The notes under the pieces were generated by a model. The model was not told the origin of the DNA and did no database searches. It worked only from the letters and a program-made list of their open reading frames with translations. A DNA stretch of 64,000 bases, taken from an uncultured delta proteobacterium. Its GTDB lineage: Bacteria > Myxococcota_A > Polyangia > Polyangiales > Polyangiaceae. Shown here one piece after another: positions 54,646 through 64,000 of the stretch. Both the position numbers and the translations under genes were made by a program. Position 1 is the first letter of the stretch. Each line of letters opens with the position of its first letter. The stretch spans positions 672,001 through 736,000 of the forward strand of contig CAWKKR010000001.1 in the NCBI GenBank assembly GCA_963850305.1, given 5' to 3'.

Positions 54646-54972
54646 GCTGGGAGACGCCCACGTCCGATGACGAACGCTTCCTGATGGATGCCTTTGAAGC
54701 GAACTTCGAGCGGCTGCGCGAGGAGAGCGGCAGGTCGCTCGCGCCGTTCATCAAGGAGTCCGCGCGCCAGCAGGTCCTGCTCTACTATCGACGCCTGCGC
54801 GAGCTCGCCGCGCAGGTCGAAGAAACCGAGGTGCGACTCGTGCTGCCCGAGCAGACGAGCCCGGAGGGCGCCAGTATACGCTCGAAGGCGTCGTCGATAT
54901 CGTCGAAGACGGCGACTCGACGGTCATGTACGACCTTAAGACGTACCTCGACGCCGACGCTGCGCGCGACCA
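54642..54972 (+). pseudogene. PD-(D/E)XK nuclease, frameshifted and truncated
   Basis: TEVRL...(frameshift) LEGVVDIV...YDLKT. Confidence 0.75.
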
Positions 54973-55793
54973 TGAGGTAGCGCGTCCCGCGCAGGAGGCC
55001 GTCGAGCGGGTCGGTCAGGCTCCTCGCCACCTGCTCCATCAAGGTGCCGTACATCTGGTGGACGATCCCCGCGATGTGCACGCGCCGAGTCTTCAGATCG
55101 ATCACGAAGAGCACGAAGTAGCGCACGAGGCCGACGTTGGTCACGACCTCCACCGTAAAGAAGTCCGTCGCCGCGACGGCGCCCCAGTGAGCCTTCAGGA
55201 ACGTCGCCCAGCTTGTTCGCTTCCCACGCTCCGGCGCGGGCTCAAGCCCCGCGTCCACGAGGATTCGCCGGATCGTGTTTCGCCCGAGATCGTGGCCGAG
55301 ATTCCAGAGTGCTCCGCGAATACGCGTGTAGCCCCAGGTCGGGTTCTCCGAGGCCATCCTGGCTACGAGCTCGGCGAGCGTTGTCCGCGTGCGCGGGCGC
55401 CCCGGGCCGCGACGCTCCGAGCCGTCATACTTCGCAGCCACCAGCTTCCGGTACCAGCCGAGCAGAGTGTCCGGCGTGACGATCCCCGCGATGCCTTGGA
55501 GACCGGATCGTCCAAGAGCCTTGGCTCGAACGGCCAACCGTCGGCGCTGGTCATCGGTGAGCCGCAGCCGTCCGCCGCCGAGCTGCTCGCGGAGGACGCG
55601 GTTCTCGGCCAGGAGGTAGTCGATCACGTTCTGCTGGCCACGGTGAATCCAACCGGCGACCGCGAGCACGCAGAAGCGAAACAGAACGGCGTTCATCTTC
55701 CGGCCGAGCCTACCTGCTGATGGCCGCTCCCCGAACCCGTGCGAAACCCTGCAAATTCGGCCCGAAGGCGCTCGGTCGAGTTTCGGCACCATA
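54970..55793 (-). mobile_element. Truncated rve/integrase-core (IS3/IS481-like) element; ORF starts at 55696
   Basis: [39 protein letters not shown]. Confidence 0.85.
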
Positions 55794-55794
55794 C

Positions 55795-55959
55795 GAGGTC
55801 CACCCTGCACGGCCTCGAGCCGCGCCGCGTGAGCCGCGTCTTCTCCGCACGCGCGGAGGTCCACCCTGTTGCGCGACCCCACGGGCTTCCCGTTTGAGGT
55901 CTTCTCCGCACGCGCGGAGGTCCACCCTACGGGTACAGCGGTCTAGGCGCAATCACCTC
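55795..55959 (+). CRISPR. Orphan type I-E-like CRISPR remnant: 2 full repeats and 1 partial
   Basis: GTCTTCTCCGCACGCGCGGAGGTCCACCC at 55838 and 55899; last 11 nt at 55795; unique 32-nt spacers, 61-bp period. Confidence 0.85.
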
Positions 55960-55991
55960 TAGTCGACAATCCTTCCGGGCTGCCCGACCAG

Positions 55992-57358
55992 CTAGTGGAG
56001 GATTGCCGCTTTGGAGGCGCACCCGAGCAAGATGTCGACGCGGGGGCCACTTCCGAGGCTCGGGTCGACGGACATGCTGCCGCCATCGCCGCTCGCGGCC
56101 TTCACTTCGCTGCAGGTGCCGGGACAGAGTTCGATCTTGGTCGGATTGTTGGGCTCATCGTAGTACCAGCCCTTGCCTCCGAAATTCGCGCAGTCGCTCG
56201 CGGAGGCGACCCGAAGGATCGTTTCCGCAGTGCCGTCGACGAAATTCACATTCACCTTGTCGCGGTCGAACTCTTGACCCGAAGGCGGCGCCGGAATGCT
56301 GAATTCGCAGGGCAGTTGAGTGGACTGGACCACGTTCTGGATCTCCGTCGTCGTCGAGACGGTCGTGACGGTATTTCGAATGAGCGCGAGCGCGTCATCG
56401 AGGGTCGTGCCGCCGGCCGTCACGTTGCAGGCTTCGTTACCCGCGACCGTCGGCGTGCAGTCGCTGTGCCCCGCAACGGCGATCGCGTCGAGCAGATTGA
56501 AGTCGGCTCCGTCCATGCCGATCGTGAACGTCATGATGCCTGCGTTCGCGTAGCCGTCTGCGACGATTCCGGTGAGCGTCGCCGTGTCCTCGGCGCAGCC
56601 GTTCGGGGCGCCGTCCGTGATCAGGACGACGACGCATTTTCGCCGGTTGTGTTGCTCGCCTGGTACTGCGTGCAAAAGTTCACGCCGCCTCGCAGAGCGC
56701 CCTCGATGGGGGTTCCGGCTGCTCCCAGCTCCGCCGCCCCCTCTCGCGCCTCCGGGGCCGTTCGAGCTCAGCGCGCTCGCAATCGCCTGGGATTGGACGG
56801 GATCCAAGATATGTCTCATGGGGACGACCGGCGTGTCGTACGCGCCGCCGGCACACGTTCCCGTGGCCAGCGGGAATAGACCGAGAGCGACGTCGAGGCC
56901 GTTCGAGGCCGGGGCGTTCACGAACGCATTGACGGCCGTGGTCGTCTGCGCCCACTTGCTCGAGCTCGCCCCGGATGGCGTGTCATTCATGCTCTCCGAG
57001 CGATTTTGAACGAGGTAGAGCGCGATGGGGTCGGCTGTGGTCACTGTGACGGGGACCTGCACGGTTTGCTGAGTGACTATCCGTTCCGCGGCCGCGGATG
57101 TCCCCGCGCAAGCCGCGTCAGGAACGGTTGTCGAAGTTCCTTCATCGAGGCCGCTCAGGCCGATGAGGCCCGAGATGGAGTTGTCGGCGCCCGCTGACCC
57201 CGAGCCGGACGCGGTGCTGCCCCCCGCGGCGCCTCGTTGCAGCCCAATCCGTCGTCACGAGCATTGCCGGCGCCCGACGAACATGCCGTCGAGACGGCGA
57301 AGAGTGCCGCCAAGGCCGCCACCCCGCACGGCTGTTCTGAGCTTCGTCCAGATGTCAT
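55992..57358 (-). pseudogene. VWA-domain lipoprotein with frameshifts
   Basis: Lipobox STAC, QNRSES, VLITDGAP, CEFSIP, GWYYD, IELCPGTC. Confidence 0.8.
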
Positions 57359-57384
57359 TTTCTCCATCTCTTTTCATCGAAACT

Positions 57385-58182
57385 TCAGCATCGCCAAGCG
57401 CCGCCGTAGCAGCCGCACTCGCCGTTGCCGTACGTGCACGCCGTCCCTTCCGACGAGCACGAGTCGCCGTCCGTCGGTTGCTGCGAGGGGCACGCGCCGT
57501 TGGTTGCGCCCCCTGTCGAGCTATCGCCGCCGGTCGATCCGCCGTATCCGGACGAGCTGGCGCTCCTCCCGCCCGTGCTCCCATTCCAGCCGCCGGCGGC
57601 GGACCCTCCGGAGCCCGACGTCCATCCGCCGGCATTCCGTCCGCCGGCAGCGGACCCCCCGTACCCGGACGAGCCGCCGCTCCCCGCTCCACCAGCACCA
57701 GAGCTCCCAAGGGCCAACGCGCAGGCCCAGCTGCTCGACAGGCAGTAGCACGCAATGTTGCCGTAGATGCAACTCGTGCCCTCCGGCGCCGTGCACGACG
57801 TTCCGGCGACCGGTTGCTGAGAGGAGCAGTTCGCTCCGGGCGACGTCAGCGTGCCGCCAGTTCCCGAATTCGATGAACCCGCATTCGCAGCGGCGCCCGT
57901 ACCGCCGCTGCTCCCGTTCCAGCCTCCCGACGAATTTACGGCGCCGGTGACCCCGCCGGCGTTCCATCCTCCGGAGCCCTCGACTGCGCCTGTGCTGGAG
58001 GTCCCTGGTACGCCCGCGCTAGATGAAGAAAAGTCGGGTGGGGTGGACGCCGAACTACTCCCACAAGCTCCGGAGAACAGAGCGGCAATTACCACGAACC
58101 CGCGCGTACACGCGGCGCTCACGACGAGGGCGAAATGTCGTGATTGCAATCCCCGGTACGGTCGATGGCCACTGTTCGACAT
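57385..58182 (-). CDS. Gly/Cys-rich lipoprotein
   Basis: Lipobox SGAC; two C..QQP..G.SC....C.YG...C.C....W.C modules. Confidence 0.7.
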   Translation of the reverse strand: MSNSGHRPYRGLQSRHFALVVSAACTRGFVVIAALFSGACGSSSASTPPDFSSSSAGVPGTSSTGAVEGSGGWNAGGVTGAVNSSGGWNGSSGGTGAAANAGSSNSGTGGTLTSPGANCSSQQPVAGTSCTAPEGTSCIYGNIACYCLSSSWACALALGSSGAGGAGSGGSSGYGGSAAGGRNAGGWTSGSGGSAAGGWNGSTGGRSASSSGYGGSTGGDSSTGGATNGACPSQQPTDGDSCSSEGTACTYGNGECGCYGGAWRC

Positions 58183-58266
58183 GTTCGATTTGCACCTTCC
58201 GTTCGCGCCGTCAGTAACCGCACGCGCCCGAACGAATGCAATCGCTCGCTGCCTAATCCGCGTGTC

Positions 58267-59424
58267 TCACCGAGGCGACGTCGCGCCGGACGATTGGAGA
58301 AGAATGCGCCGAACTTCGTCTTGGGCCGGCCCGTCAGGGTAAGCCTTCAGATACTGCTCGGCTTCGCGCGAAGCTTCCTCGAGTCGTCCGAGCCGTTTGA
58401 GCGCCCGTATCTTGTTGAGCCGCACGTCCGGCTCGAGCGCGGTACCCGGAAACCTCGCCAGCAACTCGTCCAGATTTCGCAGGACCTCGACGTCATCGCC
58501 GGCTTTGCGCGCGTCGAGGGCCGCCTGGAACAAGCGATTTTGACTGGCCAGGGCTCCTCGACGAGTCGGCCTGCGACTCACTGAATGCGGCAGCTCCGCT
58601 CCGTCCTTCGCTCGCTCGAAACCGGGCACCACGGCGCTGGCAGCCTCGGTCGAGTCGGCAGGCTTCGCGGCAATAGACGACCAGCTATTACCTGCCGCGA
58701 TGAGTTGCTGCTCACCGCCGTGCACGATCAGCACCGATCCGCGAGTCACTACGACCGAGGTTATCGTTCCGGGGGCGGGTTCGGCAGGTTCGACGCGAAC
58801 GGAGAATTTGGTGCCGTGCACGATGACCTGCGCGTCGGGGGTCGTAATGGCCACCATTCGCGGCCCACCGGGGTTCGGCACGGACACTCGGACGGACCCG
58901 ATATCGAGTCGAATCCGCTGCTCGACCGTGCGTGCAGTGTCGACCCACGCCTGCGTCGCGAACCCGAGCTCCATGCTCACGCCGCGCGGCAGCGCGAGCA
59001 GCCCGCGGCCATCCGGAGCGGTGCGAATCTCCTCACCCTCCAAAACTGCAACGCGTGCGCCGGCGGATACGGCCTCCTCGTGTCCAGGTTGCGTCGCGAC
59101 GACCACGCCTGCGGTCACGCGCAGCTCGGCCGGAGCCTTCGCGACGGCATCGGACGAATCCGCGTGAGAGCGAGTCGGCCTCCGGACCTCGAACTCACGC
59201 CAGCCCAGACCCATGAGACACACCGCTGCAGCAGCCGCCGCGCTTCGCGCGAGCCAGTGTAGGCGCCGGTGTCGGCGCGTCTCTCGGGCCATGGTCCTCA
59301 CCGTCGCCGCGACCGCCATTCGCCGACGCGCTTCGTCGGCCGCGCGCGACTCCTCGGGGACCGGTCGTCGACGCAGCTCTTCGAGCAGCTCGAGGGGCGG
59401 TTCGGGATGTTCGACGCGGGTCAC
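58267..59424 (-). CDS. FecR-domain anti-sigma factor with TPR-like C-terminus
   Basis: TM segment, TPDAQVIVHGTKFSV, LARFPG, YLKAYPDG. Confidence 0.82.
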   Translation of the reverse strand: MTRVEHPEPPLELLEELRRRPVPEESRAADEARRRMAVAATVRTMARETRRHRRLHWLARSAAAAAAVCLMGLGWREFEVRRPTRSHADSSDAVAKAPAELRVTAGVVVATQPGHEEAVSAGARVAVLEGEEIRTAPDGRGLLALPRGVSMELGFATQAWVDTARTVEQRIRLDIGSVRVSVPNPGGPRMVAITTPDAQVIVHGTKFSVRVEPAEPAPGTITSVVVTRGSVLIVHGGEQQLIAAGNSWSSIAAKPADSTEAASAVVPGFERAKDGAELPHSVSRRPTRRGALASQNRLFQAALDARKAGDDVEVLRNLDELLARFPGTALEPDVRLNKIRALKRLGRLEEASREAEQYLKAYPDGPAQDEVRRILLQSSGATSPR

Positions 59425-60083
59425 TGCGTTCTCCCTTCGGAAGCCAAGCCGAGGGCTTCTAGTCGATGCCGCAATTCGACGCGGCCGCGAAACAGCCGCG
59501 ATTGAACCGCGGGCCGCGATTTGCGCACCATGAGAGCGATCTCCTCGAGACTGTGCCCGAGCACGTCGTGCAAGAGCAGAACCTCGACCTGCTTTGGATT
59601 CATGCCGGCAAGCTGTTCATGCACTCGCCCCAGCTCAGCGCGCGCCTCGAGCATCCGGAGTGGATCGGGGCCTCCGTGAACTTCCTGGGCTGCATCGAGC
59701 TGCGTTCGGTCAACGACGGAGCGCTCCCTCCTGCGCGACCGCAGCGCGTTCAGGCCCACGTTCGTCGCGATTCGTGAGGCCCACGTTTTCAGGCTGCAGC
59801 CTCGTTCGAATGTTCCGCGCTTCAGGGTAACGATGATCTGCTCGAAGGACTGCTGGACGAGATCGTCGTGATCGGGTCCACGCTGGCCGACGACGCGATA
59901 CAAGGTGTGGTCGACGGCGCCCACGAGCCGATTGGAGAGCTCGGACGCCACTCGCGTGTCTCCACGCTGAACCGCCGCGATGATGGCTTGGTCGCTGATG
60001 ATGGGAACCCCGTCCGGTGCGCTCGAGCCTCCGGAAATCACCTGGAAGAGCGCGCGAGAGGAAGCGGTTCCGAATCGCGGCAT
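59421..60083 (-). CDS. ECF sigma factor
   Basis: DHDDLVQ, SLKTWASRIA, GHSLEEIA...VQSRLFRGR. Confidence 0.9.
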   Translation of the reverse strand: MPRFGTASSRALFQVISGGSSAPDGVPIISDQAIIAAVQRGDTRVASELSNRLVGAVDHTLYRVVGQRGPDHDDLVQQSFEQIIVTLKRGTFERGCSLKTWASRIATNVGLNALRSRRRERSVVDRTQLDAAQEVHGGPDPLRMLEARAELGRVHEQLAGMNPKQVEVLLLHDVLGHSLEEIALMVRKSRPAVQSRLFRGRVELRHRLEALGLASEGRTQ

Positions 60084-60197
60084 GTCGCCTGGATAGTAAC
60101 CGCACGCCGCCGGCCGAATGCATCGGCCATCCGAATCGCAGCCGGGGGAAGCCCGGAAACAGGGATCTGCTCGTGAGCGGCGTCGGGTATCTTCGGT

Positions 60198-61361
60198 TTG
60201 CCGATGCCGATGCCTCAAATCGCCGTCGAAATCTCGGCGCCCTACGAAGCCGCGACGGATCCGGGCGAAGCGCGAGTGCAGAGCGAGAATCGGGTTCGCG
60301 AGCTTCGCCGCGCGCTGCTCGCCGCGTGTACCGACACTGCCGGCGTCGCCGAGTGCGTCGATTCCGACGAGGCACCCGCCGCGGTCGCGGTGGCCTTGGT
60401 AATTTGGCGACGGCGCAGCAGCGTGCACATCGAAGTCAGCTCGAAGCGGGTCCAGGAGGGGCAATGGACGGAGCGCGAGTTGCAATTCAGCGCGGCGGAC
60501 GCGGCCATTGAGCGATGGCGGACCGCCGGGTACGCCGTCGGAACCGTCGCCGGTGAACTGGTGAAGCTGGAAAGCCGCCAGAAGCGCGGGCTCGCCGCTT
60601 CCCCGGCCGGGGAAACCGCGACGAGCGCGTCAGGGGACACGCAGCGTGCAAACAGTGAAGAGCCACCCGGGAGAGAAGCGGAACAGGCTCCGTCCGATCC
60701 CGAGCGCGATCACGGTGGAGGCAAGGACGCCGGCCATGCCGAATCGCCCGGTAAGCGGGATACGGTGGGCGCGGAGGCACCGATCCAGATTGCACGGCGG
60801 GACCATTCGGCGAACGCGGCGGACTGGAAGCCGCCGGATGATTCCACGCGCCTGGAACGCCTGCTCTGGTGGGCAGAAGCAGGCGCTCTCGGCGGCCCGG
60901 GACCCTACGGGAGTGCGCCGAGGTTCGGTGCGTACGCCAGGGTGAGCCGCGTCTTCCAGGGACCGCTCTTGACTGCATCGCTCGGCTACGCGGCGTGCTC
61001 GGACGATCAGCGGGGACTCTCCGCGCAGTGGATCACTGCGTCGGCGGGCGCGGGGTACGCAGCGTTCATCGGCGCTCGGTTCGTGCTCGACCTTCGCGCC
61101 GAGATTGCCGTCGAGCACCTCTCCGCGTTCGTCGACGACACGCCTTCGAGTCGTTCCGACACGGCCGGGCGCTGGATGCCTGCGGTTCGAACGGGTGGCG
61201 AGGTTGCGTGGGCGCCGTTCCATTACTTGGCTGGGTTCCTCGGTGCCGAAGCGATGCTCCGCCCCGCCATCACCGACGTCATCGTCCGCGACGAGCGAGT
61301 CGGCTCGGTCGGGTCCATCGACTACTCGTTGCTCGGCGGGGTTCGCATCCTGTTGCCGTAG
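60198..61361 (+). CDS. Hypothetical protein with beta-barrel-like C-terminus
   Basis: Long ORF, low-complexity linker, alternating strands; start uncertain. Confidence 0.65.
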   Translation: MPMPMPQIAVEISAPYEAATDPGEARVQSENRVRELRRALLAACTDTAGVAECVDSDEAPAAVAVALVIWRRRSSVHIEVSSKRVQEGQWTERELQFSAADAAIERWRTAGYAVGTVAGELVKLESRQKRGLAASPAGETATSASGDTQRANSEEPPGREAEQAPSDPERDHGGGKDAGHAESPGKRDTVGAEAPIQIARRDHSANAADWKPPDDSTRLERLLWWAEAGALGGPGPYGSAPRFGAYARVSRVFQGPLLTASLGYAACSDDQRGLSAQWITASAGAGYAAFIGARFVLDLRAEIAVEHLSAFVDDTPSSRSDTAGRWMPAVRTGGEVAWAPFHYLAGFLGAEAMLRPAITDVIVRDERVGSVGSIDYSLLGGVRILLP

Positions 61362-61464
61362 TGGCTCAGGATCGGTCGACGAGCCGTATCACACCGGAAC
61401 GCATCGATCGTCAGTCGCTTGGCATCGAGCGCCGGGGTCCACGGTCCTTGTCCAGCAGCAAGCA

Positions 61465-62064
61465 CTACTCGCAGCGAAATCGCGAGGGATCGCAGAACGG
61501 CTGGTCGTGACCGCAATCGGCGTTGCCGACGCACTCCACGCACTGTCCCGATTCGGGGCGGCAGAACGGCGCGTACCGAGAATCGCACATCGAGTCGTCA
61601 CGACACTCGACGCAAAGGCTGCGACCGACATCGCAAACGCGCTCGTCAATCTGCCGGCAATCGTCGGACGTCGTGCAAGCTAGCGTGCACACTTGCGCGA
61701 CGAGATCGCAGATTTGCGGCGAGGCGCAATCCGCGTCCGACAGACACTCGACGCATTGCTGGGTCGAGACGTCGCAGTGCGGCCGGTACGAGCCGCAATC
61801 CGAGCTCTGCGCGCACTCGGTCTCGGACGAGAAAACATTCGCCCCTGCATCGCCGGCATCGGGCGTCGCCGTGGGCCCGGTCGAACTCGGTTTGGGAACA
61901 TTCGCCCCTGCATCGCCGGCGTCGAGTGTCGCCATGGGCCCAGTCGAGTTCGGTTTCGGTGACAGTACTAGCGACACTCGATCGCACCCGTTCGCGAGCA
62001 CCAGGCAAACGGCGACACGGACCTTGTCGAGACGACGTGCCACGGCTGCAAGGCTACGCCTCAC
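61465..62064 (-). CDS. Cys-rich lipoprotein (CVEC..D.DC repeats)
   Basis: Lipobox ANGC; 60-bp internal duplication. Confidence 0.65.
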   Translation of the reverse strand: MRRSLAAVARRLDKVRVAVCLVLANGCDRVSLVLSPKPNSTGPMATLDAGDAGANVPKPSSTGPTATPDAGDAGANVFSSETECAQSSDCGSYRPHCDVSTQQCVECLSDADCASPQICDLVAQVCTLACTTSDDCRQIDERVCDVGRSLCVECRDDSMCDSRYAPFCRPESGQCVECVGNADCGHDQPFCDPSRFRCE

Positions 62065-62129
62065 TACAGAGGTGGGCCAGCGTCTACACTGCGAACACGT
62101 CACCGATGCGGCCGAGCCCCCCTCTCGCC

Positions 62130-63167
62130 CAGGGCAATCGCATCTTCCAACGCCTACCCAGCGAGTACGTGAAGCAGGAATTCGTGGTCCCATCCCGCTT
62201 GGAGCCGTCGGGTCTTGATGCCAACCTTGCTCTGGACGTTCTTGAGCAGGTTCATCGTGAAGTGACGTAGCACTGCGAAGTTCTCCGCCGCGTGGCCAGC
62301 CCGGATGCGGCAGTCGTCCTCGCGGAAGGCGAGGTCGAGCACCCAGTGCAGGCGGTTCTCGATACCCCAGTGCGCTCGAACGGTTGCCAGGGCCGTCTTC
62401 GCTGGCAGGCGTTTCTGCGAGGAGATGTAGTAGCGCTGCTCGGTGGAAGTCTTGTCGCCAACGGTACGGTCGACCTCGACGAGCACCACGCACCCGAGCT
62501 TCATCCAGTCGGCCCGTCGTGAGATGAGGGCAAGATCGTAGCAGGCCAGACAGCGTCGCACCTCGGTGCGACCGTGGCCCTTGTTCGTCGTCTCTGCGAA
62601 GTCCGCGATGTCATCGAAGTTCGGGTCGTCGGTCGCGGCATCGAACGCTGCCTTGATGTCGGCGAGGAGCGTGGGCTGGTTGTCCTTGACGGCCAGCATG
62701 TAGTCCGCGCCGCCGCGCACGATCTTCTCCGCGATTTCCTTCTGGCAGCCCATCGCGTCGATGGTGACGACCGCCCCTTTGATATGAAGAACCTCGAGCA
62801 GTCGAGGGATCGCGGTGATCTCGTTCGACTTCTCCTCCGTCTTGACCTGGCCGAGAACTACGCGGTTGCTAGCCGCCCACGCGCTCACCATGTGAACGAA
62901 CGCCTTGTTGCCTGCGTCGCGGAACGAGCGGCGCAGGGTCTTCCCGTCGATGGCGACGACTTCTCCGTTGGTAACCTCGACCAGCGTCTCAACCCACAAG
63001 CGAAATGCCTCCTGCAGGGCCGAGGAGTCGAGCATCGCGAAGACGCGCCCGAACGTGTCGTGGGATGGGATGCCGTTCTCCAGATCAAGGAGCGTGGCAA
63101 GGAACTCCTTCTTGGAGCGCCCGAAAGCCTCGATGGTCGTGAAGGAGTCCGCACCGCATAGGACGCC
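62130..63167 (-). mobile_element. ISAs1-family element, 5'-truncated transposase
   Basis: IPSHDTF, IDGKT, KSNEI, IDAMGCQ, HWGIEN; end CAGGGCAATCGCATC. Confidence 0.92.
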
Positions 63168-63455
63168 CAGGGCAATCGCATCAAATGCCGTCACGACATG
63201 ACTCCCAAAACACGGAGGAGGTATCCGTCGTGCCAGCCTGCGAGCAGGCGCTTGTTCTTCACGCCGAGCTTCTTCCCATCGAGCCCACCGGGAACGGCCT
63301 TGAGAAGGTTGAGGGCGAGGTGGCGGATGACAGCAAAGTTCTCGGCAGCATGACCGGCGCGAACACGACAGTCGTCTTCGCGGAATGCGACATCGAGCAC
63401 CCAGTGAAGTTGATTCTCGATTCCCCAGTGAGCGCGGGTAGCGGCCAGTGCGCCT
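63168..63455 (-). mobile_element. Second ISAs1 3' fragment
   Basis: Same CAGGGCAATCGCATC end; HWGIENQLHWVLDVAFRED. Confidence 0.88.
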
Positions 63456-63508
63456 TCAAAAAAGTTCGAGGGAAGCCGAGCTCGTCCCGAGCTTCGCCCG
63501 GCCCCGGG

Positions 63509-64000
63509 CTAGTGGATCATCTCGACCTTTGTCGGGCACCCGAGAACCACCTGGACCGTACCGCCGCCCTGAGCGAGCTTCTGGCACGTGTTCGGGCAGA
63601 GCGTGAGCTGCGTGTCGCCCTGGTCGTAGAACCATTCGTCGTTGGCGGACGTGTCGCCAACCGCCGCGCAATCGGTGGACGCGCTCACCTGGTACACATC
63701 GGTCGCCGCGGCGTTCGGCGCCGAGTACGTGACGTTCACTTTTGTCGGATCCACCGTACCGTCGCTCGGCACGCCGAAGTCGCAGGAGATCGCTTGACCG
63801 CGAATCTGATCGAGCGCCGCGGCAAACTGTTGCCCGACGTTCCCGCCCGTGTCGACGATGAACGCGGTGCCCGTTCCGCCCGCCGCGGCCAGAGCGTTCA
63901 GCGACGTGAGCGAGCTGCCGACGCCGATCACGAACGTCGGAATCGAAGGGACCGGGGGACTCGCCGTGGGATTGCCCTGGAGGGCAGGCGCGACGAGATC
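63509..64000 (-). CDS. C-terminus of a VWA-domain protein; begins outside the window
   Basis: TFVIGVG, LAAAGGT, SCDFGVP, WFYD, LCPNTC. Confidence 0.8.
   Translation of the reverse strand, partial: DLVAPALQGNPTASPPVPSIPTFVIGVGSSLTSLNALAAAGGTGTAFIVDTGGNVGQQFAAALDQIRGQAISCDFGVPSDGTVDPTKVNVTYSAPNAAATDVYQVSASTDCAAVGDTSANDEWFYDQGDTQLTLCPNTCQKLAQGGGTVQVVLGCPTKVEMIH

Overview
High-GC window that looks myxobacterial (Polyangiaceae-like); the taxonomy is inferred only from gene content such as Cys-rich lipoproteins, VWA proteins and ECF/FecR modules. The left part (1-30 kb) holds an ECF sigma/FecR module, cydAB, cbpA/cbpM, a TonB-dependent receptor, a GT4+GH130 pair, a ferritin-like gene, a 21-bp minisatellite, a desaturase-esterase pair and several Cys-rich surface proteins. 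The middle (30-40.5 kb) holds toxin-antitoxin genes and fragments, a CBS protein, a CheB/CheR-PAS-histidine kinase with a NarL-type regulator, and a second PAS kinase. The right part (40.5-64 kb) is a decayed mobile mosaic. It includes a tyrosine integrase whose ORF reads through the 3' half of a tRNA-Leu(GAG) (att site inside int), xis-like and RHH genes, IS66, IS21, an ISNCY-like IS, an rve-type IS, nested ISAs1 copies, a helicase/PD-(D/E)XK remnant, an orphan type I-E-like CRISPR remnant and a second ECF/FecR module. Many single-base frameshifts could be sequencing or consensus errors. All calls come from motif recognition by eye; no searches were run.
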